This document shows, piece by piece, positions 55,501 through 64,000 of a DNA stretch of 64,000 nt. The position numbers were made by a program, and so were the translations under genes. Positions within the stretch are counted from its first letter, which is position 1; each line of letters begins with the position of its first letter. Under the pieces are notes generated by a model. That model saw only the letters and a program-made list of their open reading frames with translations. It was not told where the DNA came from and did not search any database. The DNA is from the human T2T-CHM13v2.0 reference genome, Homo sapiens. Where the stretch lies: assembly GCF_009914755.1 (NCBI RefSeq), contig NC_060925.1; one strand, given 5' to 3'.

Positions 55501-58500
55501 CATCAAATGGAATCGAATGGAATCATCATCAAATGGAATCTAATGGAATCATTGAACAGAATTGAATGGAATCGTCATCGAATGAATTGAATGCAATCAT
55601 CGAATGGTCTCGAATGGAATCATCTTCTAATGGAAAGGAATGGAATCATCGCATAGAATCGAATGGAATTATCATCGAATGGAATCGAATGGTATCAACA
55701 CCAAACGGAAAAAAACGGAATTATCGAATGGAATCGAAGAGAATCTTCGAACGGACCCGAATGGAATCATCTAATGGAATGGAATGGAATAATCCATGGA
55801 CTCGAATGCAATCATCATCGAATGGAATCGAATGGAATCATCGAATGGACTCGAATGGAATAATCATTGAACGGAATCGAATGGAATCATCATCGGATGG
55901 AAACGAATGGAATCATCATCGAATGGAAATGAAAGGAGTCATCATCTAATGGAATTGCATGGAATCATCATAAAATGGAATCGAATGGAATCAACATCAA
56001 ATGGAATCAAATGGAATCATTGAACGGAATTGAATGGAATCGTCATCGAATGAATTGACTGCAATCATCGAATGGTCTCGAATGGAATCATCTTCAAATG
56101 GAATGGAATGGAATCATCGCATAGAATCGAATGGAATTATCATCGAATGGAATCGAATGGAATCAACATCAAACGGAAAAAAACAGAATTATCGTATGGA
56201 ATCGAAGAGAATCATCGAATGGACCCGAATGGAATCATCTAATGGAATGGAATGGAATAATCCATGGACTCGAATGCAATCATCATCGAATGGAATCGAA
56301 TGGAATCATCGAATGGACTCGAATGGAATAATCATTGAACGGAATCGAATGGAATCATCATCGGATGGAAATGAATGGAATCATCATCGAATGGAATCGA
56401 ATAGAATTATGGAATGAAATCCAGTGTGATCATCATCGAATGGACCCGAATGGAATCATCATCCAACGGAAGCTAATGGAATCAACATCGAATGAATCGA
56501 TTGGAAACACCATCGAATTGAAACGAATGGAATTATCATGAAATTGAAATGGATGGACTCATCATCGAATGGATTCGAATGGAATCATCAAATAAAATTG
56601 ATTGAAATCATCATCAAATGGAATCGAATGGTATCATTGAATGGAATCGAATGGAATCATCATCAGATGGAAATGAATGGAATCGTCATAGAATGGAATC
56701 GAATGGATTCATTGAATGGAATCAGATGGAATCATCGAATGGACTGGAATTGAATCATTGAATGGACTCGAAAGGGATCATTATTGAATGGAATTGAATG
56801 GAATCATCGAATGGTCTCGATTGGAATCATTACCAAATGGAATCGAATGGAATCACCGAATAGAATCGAATGGAACAATCATCGAATGGACTCAAATGGA
56901 ATTATCCTCAAATGGAATCGAATGGAATTATCAAATGCAATCGAATGGAATTATCGAATGCAATCGAATAGAATCATCGAAAGGACTCGAATGGAATCAT
57001 CGAATGGAATGGAATGGAACAGTCAATGAACTCCAATGGAATCATCATTGAATGGAATCGAATGGAATCATCGAGTGGAATCGAATGGAATTATGATCAA
57101 ATGGAATCGAATGTAATCATCATCAAATGGAATCAAAAATAACCATCATCAATTGGTATTGAATGGAATTGTCATCAAATGGAATTCAAAGGAATCATCA
57201 TCAAATGGAACCGAATGGAATCCTGATTGAATGGAAATGACAGGGGTCATCATCTGATGGAATCGCATGGAATCATCATCAAATGGAATCGAATGGAATC
57301 ATCATCAAATGGAATCTAATGGAATCATTGAACAGAATTGAATGGAATCGTCATCGAATGAATTGAATGCAATCATCGAATGGTCTCGAATGGAATCATC
57401 TTCTAATGGAAAGGAATGGAATCATCGCATAGAATCGAATGGAATTATCATCGAATGGAATCGAATGGTATCAACACCAAACGGAAAAAAACGGAATTAT
57501 CGAATGGAATCGAAGAGAATCTTCGAACGGACCCGAATGGAATCATCTAATGGAATGGAATGGAATAATCCATGGACTCGAATGCAATCATCATCGAATG
57601 GAATCGAATGGAATCATCGAATGGACTCGAATGGAATAATCATTGAACGGAATCGAATGGAATCATCATCGGATGGAAACGAATGGAATCATCATCGAAT
57701 GGAAATGAAAGGAGTCATCATCTAATGGAATTGCATGGAATCATCATAAAATGGAATCGAATGGAATCAACATCAAATGGAATCAAATGGAATCATTGAA
57801 CGGAATTGAATGGAATCGTCATCGAATGAATTGACTGCAATCATCGAATGGTCTCGAATGGAATCATCTTCAAATGGAATGGAATGGAATCATCGCATAG
57901 AATCGAATGGAATTATCATCGAATGGAATCGAATGGTATCAACACCAAACGGAAAAAAAACGGAATTATCGAATGGAATCGAAGAGAATCTTCGAACGGA
58001 CCCGAATGGAATCATCTAATGGAATGGAATGGAATGATCCATAGACTCGAATGCAATCATCATCGAATGGAATCGAATGGAATCATCGAATGGACTCGAA
58101 TGGAATAATCATTGAACGGAATCGAATGGAATCATCATCGGATGGAAACGAATGGAATCATCATCGAATGGAAATGAAAGGAGTCATCATCTAATGGAAT
58201 TGCATGGAATCATCATAAAATGGAATCGAATGGAATCAACATCAAATGGAATCAAATGGAATCATTGAACGGAATTGAATGGAATCGTCATCGAATGCAT
58301 TGACTGCAATCATCGAATGGTCTCGAATGGAATCATCTTCAAATGGAATGGAATGCAATCATCGCATAGAATCGAATGGAATTATCATCGAATGGAATCG
58401 AATGGAATCAACATCAAACGGAAAAAAACAGAATTATCGTATGGAATCGAAGAGAATCATCGAATGGACCCGAATGGAATCATCTAATGGAATGGAATGG

Positions 58501-61391
58501 AATAATCCATGGACTCGAATGCAATCATCATCGAATGGAATCGAATGGAATCATCGAATGGACTCGAATGGAATAATCATTGAACGGAATCGAATGGAAT
58601 CATCATCGGATGGAAATGAATGGAATCATCATCCAATGGAATCGAATAGAATTATGGAATGAAATCCAGTGTGATCATCATCGAATGGACCCGAATGGAA
58701 TCATCATCCAACGGAAGCTAATGGAATCAACATCGAATGAATCGAATGGAAACACCATCGAATTGAAACGAATGGAATTATCATGAAATTGAAATGGATG
58801 GACTCATCATCGAATGGATTCGAATGGAATCATCGAATAAAATTGATTGAAATCATCATCAAATGGAATCGAATGGTATCATTGAATGGAATCGAATGGA
58901 ATCATCATCAGATGGAAATGAATGGAATCGTCATAGAATGGAATCGAATGGATTCATTGAATGGAATCAGATGGAATCATCGAATGGACTGGAATGGAAT
59001 CATTGAATGGACTCGAAAGGGATCATTATTGAATGGAATTGAATGGAATCATCGAATGGTCTCGATTGGAATCATTATCAAATGGAATCGAATGGAATCA
59101 CCGAATAGAATCGAATGGAACAATCATCGAATGGACTCAAATGGAATTATCCTCAAATGGAATCGAATGGAATTATCGAATGCAATCGAATGGAATTATC
59201 GAATGCAATCGAATAGAATCATCGAATGGACTCGAATGGAATCATCGAATGGAATGGAATGGAACAGTCAATGAACTCGAATGGAATCATCATTGAATGG
59301 AATCGAATGGAATCATCGAGTGGAATCGAATGGAATTATGATCAAATGGAATCGAATGTAATCATCATCAAATGGAATCAAAAATAACCATCATCAATTG
59401 GTATTGAATGGAATTGTCATCAAATGGAATTCAAAGGAATCATCATCAAATGGAACCGAATGGAATCCTCATTGAATGGAAATGAAAGGGGTCATCATCT
59501 AATGGAATCGCATGGAATCATCATCAAATGGAATCGAATGGAATCATCATCAAATGGAATCTAATGGAATCATTGAACAGAATTGAATGGAATCGTCATC
59601 GAATGAATTGAATGCAATCATCGAATGGTCTCGAATGGAATCATCTTCTAATGGAAAGGAATGGAATCATCGCATAGAATCGAATGGAATTATCATCGAA
59701 TGGAATCGAATGGTATCAACACCAAACGGAAAAAAACGGAATTATCGAATGGAATCGAAGAGAATCTTCGAACGGACCCGAATGGAATCATCTAATGGAA
59801 TGGAACGGAATAATCCATGGACTCGAATGCAATCATCATCGAATGGAATCGAATGGAATCATCGAATGGACTCGAATGGAATAATCATTGAACGGAATCG
59901 AATGGAATCATCATCGGATGGAAACGAATGGAATCATCATCCAATGGAAATGAAAGGAGTCATCATCTAATGGAATTGCATGGAATCATCATAAAATGGA
60001 ATCGAATGGAATCAACATCAAATGGAATCAAATGGAATAATTGAACGGAATTGAATGGAATCGTCATCGAATGAATTGAATGCAATCATCGAATGGTCTA
60101 GAATTGAATCATCTTCAAATGGAATGGAATGGAATCATCGCATAGAATCGAATGGAAGTATCATCGAATGGAATCGAATGGAATCAACATCAAACGGAAA
60201 AAAACGGAATTATCGAATGGAATCGAAGAGAATCATCGAATGGACCCGAATGGAATCATCTAATGGAATGGAATGGAATAATCCATGCACTCGAATGCAA
60301 TCATCATCGAATGGAATCGAATGGAATCATCGAATGGACTCGAATGGAATAATCATTGAACGGAATCGAATGGAATCATCATCGGATGGAAATGAATGGA
60401 ATCATCATCGAATGGAATCGAATAGAATTATGGAATGAAATCCAGTGTGATCATCATCGAATGGACCCGAATGGAATCATCATCCAACTGAAGCTAATGG
60501 AATCAACATCGAATGAATCGAATGGAAACACCATCGAATTGAAACGAATGGAATTATCATGAAATTGAAATGGATGGACTCATCATCGAATGGATTCGAA
60601 TGGAATCATCGAATAAAATTGATTGAAATCATCATCCAATGGAATCGAATGGTATCATTGAATGGAATCGAATGGAATCATCATCAGATGGAAATGAATG
60701 GAATCGTCATAGAATGGAATCGAATGGATTCATTGAATGGAATCAGATGGAATCATCGAATGGACTGGAATGGAATCATTGAATGGACTCGAAAGGGATC
60801 ATGATTGAATGGAATTGAATGGAATCATCGAATGGTCTCGATTGGAATCATTAACAAATGGAATCGAATGGAATCACCGAATAGAATCGAATGGAACAAT
60901 CATCGAATGGACTCAAATGGAATTATCCTCCAATGGAATCGAATGGAATTATCGAATGCAATCGAATGGAATTATCGAATGCAATCGAATAGAATCATCG
61001 AATGGACTCGAATGGAATCATCGAATGGAATGGAATGGAACAGTCAAGGAACTCGAATGGAATCATCATTGAATGGAATCGAATGGAATCATCGAGTGGA
61101 ATCGAATGGAAATATGATCAAATGGAATCGAATATAATCATCATCAAATGGAATCAAAAATAACCATCATTAATTGGTATTGAATGGAATTCTCATCAAA
61201 TGGAATTCAAAGGAATCATCATCAAATGGAACTGAATGGAATCCTCATTGAATGGAAATGAAAGGGGTCATCATCTAATGGAATCGCATGGAATCATCAT
61301 CAAATGGAATCGAATGGAATCATCATCAAATGGAATCTGATGGAATCATTGAACAGAATTGAATGGAATCGTCATCGAATGAATTGAATGC

Positions 61392-61690
61392 AATCATCGA
61401 ATGGTCTCGAATGTAATCACATTCTAATGGAAAGGAATGGAATCATCGCATAGAATCGAATGGAATTAACATTGAATGGACTCGAATGGAATCAACATCA
61501 AACGGAATCAAGCGGAATTATCGAATGGAATCGAAGAGAATCATCGAATGGTCTCGAATGGAATCATCTTCTAATGGAAAGGAATGGAATCATCGCATAG
61601 AATCGAATGGAATTAACATTGAATGGACTCGAATGGAATCAACATCAAATGGAATCAAGCGGAATTATCGAATGAAATCGAAGAGAATCA
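61392..61690 (+). repeat. 147-bp tandem duplication inside an A subunit
   Basis: AATCATCGAATGGTCTCG...GGAATCAAGCGG...CGAAGAG starts at 61392 and again at 61539. The unit spacing here is 1923 = 1776+147. Confidence 0.9.
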
Positions 61691-64000
61691 TCGAATGGAC
61701 TCGAATGGAATCATCTAATGGAATGGAATGGAATAATCCACGGACTCGAATGCAATCATCATTGTATAGAATCGAATGGAATCATCGAATGGACTCGAAT
61801 GGAATAAACATTGAACGGAATAGAATGGAATCATCATCGGAAGGAAACGAATGGAATCATCATCGAATGGAAATATAAGGAGTCATCATCTAATGGAATT
61901 GCATGGAATCATCATAAAATGGAATCGAATGGAATCATCATCAAATGGAATCAAATGGAATCATTGAACGGAATTGATTGGAATCGTCATCGAATGAATT
62001 GAATGCAATCATCGAATGGTCTCGAATGGAATCATCTTCAAATGGAATGGAATGGAATCATCGCATAGAATCGAATGGAATTATCATCGAATGGAATCGA
62101 ATGGAATCAACATCAAACGGAAAAAAACGGAATTATCGAATGGAATCGAAGAGAATCTTCGAACGGACCCGAAAGGAATCATCTAATGGAATGGAATGGA
62201 ATAATCCATGGACTCGAATGCAATCATCATCGAATGGAATCGAATGGAATCATTGAATGGACTCGAATGGAATAATCATTGAACGGAATCGAATGGAATC
62301 ATCATCGGATGGAAATGAATGGAATCATCATCGAATGGAATCGAATAGAATTATGGAATGAAATCCAGTGTGATCATCATCGAATGGACCCGAATGGAAT
62401 CATCATCCAACGGAAGCTAATGGAATCAACATCGAATGAATCGAATGGAAACACCATCGAATTGAAACGAATGGAATTATCATGAAATTGAAATGGATGG
62501 ACTCATCATCGAATGGATTCGAATGGAATCATCGAATAAAATTGATTGAAATCATCATCGAATGGAATCGAATGGTATCATTGAATGGAATCGAATGGAA
62601 TCGTCATCAGATGGAAATGAATGGAATCGTCATAGAATGGAATCGAATGGATTCATTGAATAGAATCAGATGGAATCATCGAATGGACTGGAATGGAATC
62701 ATTGAATGGACTCGAAAGGGATCATTATTGAATGGAATTGAATGGAATCATCGAATGGTCTCGATTGGAATCATTATCAAATGGAATCGAATGGAATCAC
62801 CGAATAGAATCGAATGGAACAATCATCGAATGGACTCAAATGGAATTATCCTCAAATGGAATCGAATGGAATTATCGAATGCAATCGAATGGAATTATCG
62901 AATGCAATCGAATAGAATCATCGAAAGGACTCGAATGGAATCATCGAATGGAATGGAATGGAACAGTCAATGAACTCGAATGGAATCATCATTGAATGGA
63001 ATCGAATGGAATCATCGAGTGGAATCGAATGGAATTATGATCAAATGGAATCGAATGTAATCATCATCAAATGGAATCAAAAATAACCATCATCAATTGG
63101 TATTGAATGGAATTGTCATCAAATGGAATTCAAAGGAATCATCATCAAATGGAACCGAATGGAAGCCTCATTGAATGGAAATGAAAGGGGTCATCATCTA
63201 ATGGAATCGCATGGAATCATCATCAAATGGAATCGAATGGAATCATCATCAAATGGAATCTAATGGAATCATTGAAAAGAATTGAATGGAATCATCATCG
63301 AATGAATTGAATGCAACCATCGAAAGGTCTCGAATGGAATCATCTTCTAATGGAAAGGAATGGAATCATCGCATAGAATCGAATGGAATTATCATCGAAT
63401 GGAATCGAATGGTATCAACACCAAACGGAAAAAAACGGAATTATCGAATGGAATCGAAGAGAATCTTCGAACGGACCCGAATTTAATGATCTAATGGAAT
63501 GGAATGGAATAATCCATGGACTCGAATGCAATCATCATCGAATGGAATCGAATGGAATCATCGAATGGACTCGAATGGAATAATCATTGAACGGAATCGA
63601 ATGGAATCATCATCGGATGGAAACGAATGGAATCATCATCGAATGGAAATGAAAGGAGTCATCATCTAATGGAATTGCATGGAATCATCATAAAATGGAA
63701 TCGAATGGAATCAACATCAAATGGAATCAAATGGAATCATTGAACGGAATTGAATGGAATCGTCATCGAATGAATTGAATGCAATCATCGAATGGTCTCG
63801 AATGGAATCATCTTCACATGGAATGGAATGGAATCATCGCATAGAATCGAATGGAATTATCATCGAATGAAATCGAATGGAATCAACATCAAACGGAAAA
63901 AAACGGAATTATCGAATGGAATCGAAGAGAATCATCGAATGGACCCGAATGGAATCATCTAATGGAATGGAATGGAATAATCCATGGACTCGAATGCAAT

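Larger units (their letters stand above)
1..64000 (+). repeat. Human satellite II (HSat2/HSATII) tandem array with a ~1.78-kb period (HSat2A-like); pericentromeric heterochromatin
   Basis: Continuous diverged GGAAT pentamers arranged as ATCATCGAATGGAATCGAATGGA-type 23/26-bp units with abundant TCGA. This is the HSat2 pattern rather than the long pure (GGAAT)n runs of HSat3. Orientation is the same throughout and the array runs off both ends. The landmark GAAATCCAGTGTGATC recurs 35 times, mostly 1775-1776 bp apart. The HSat2 family call is secure; subfamily, chromosome and species (human vs great ape) are inferred. Confidence 0.97.

Noticed and set aside
61392-61690. 147-bp duplication equals the nucleosome core length
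   Set aside because: It is a single event, explained by microhomology (AATCATCGAATGG) and the 3x49 register. Probably coincidence.
250-63583. Hundreds of + strand ORFs (60-163 aa; MESSSN/MEWN/IIEW-rich)
   Set aside because: They are translations of the GGAAT/ATC repeat. They overlap in several frames, recur with the repeat period, are freely broken by stops and frameshifts between copies, and show no recognisable domain. Not called as CDS.
1-64000. CRISPR-like or other repeat-spacer array
   Set aside because: There are no unique spacers, since the sequence between motifs is itself repeated satellite, and there are no cas or other genes.
1-64000. Novel gene-encoded system, transposon, viral or other non-satellite insertion
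   Set aside because: Every segment I read maps to the 1776-bp unit. I saw no Alu, L1 or LTR sequence, poly-A tail, target-site duplication or terminal repeat.
1-64000. Strand inversion within the array
   Set aside because: GGAAT polarity is on + throughout and I saw no ATTCC-rich block.
1-64000. HSat3/DYZ1, HSat2B (~6-kb unit), alpha satellite or telomeric repeat
   Set aside because: Pure GGAAT runs are short (about 3-4 copies), ATC-containing 23/26-bp units dominate and the base period is 1.78 kb. There is no 171-bp monomer and no TTAGGG array.
1-64000. Heat-shock elements (nGAAn) or hairpin terminators from TCGA palindromes
   Set aside because: The GAA units are direct repeats rather than the alternating inverted arrays of a canonical HSE, and the palindromes are only 4-6 bp. 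No supportable element.

Overview
The whole 64-kb window is one uninterrupted, single-orientation array of classical human satellite II (HSat2/HSATII; GGAAT strand on +, i.e. (CATTC)n-derived). It is built from ATCATCGAATGGAATCGAATGGA-type 23/26-bp subunits and is very rich in TCGA. The once-per-unit landmark GAAATCCAGTGTGATC occurs 35 times, with a modal spacing of 1775-1776 bp. That is the ~1.8-kb period known for HSat2A (best known from 1q12); the chromosome assignment is inference. Each unit is a 1308-bp core plus an internal 468-bp duplication (subunits A and B). I find no genes, RNA genes, transposons, inversions or non-satellite insertions, and all listed ORFs are artefacts of the repeat. 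I see no evidence of a new gene-encoded system. The real information is in array architecture: the 468-bp module varies from 1 to 4 copies per unit, there are local higher-order duplications (7558/7563, 5794, 3551 and 5327 bp) and three variant domains, and a cluster of base-resolvable rearrangements at 43.4-54.1 kb includes several that look like double template switches. All spacings and junctions were derived by eye from the sequence and the ORF-track coordinates and should be confirmed by alignment.
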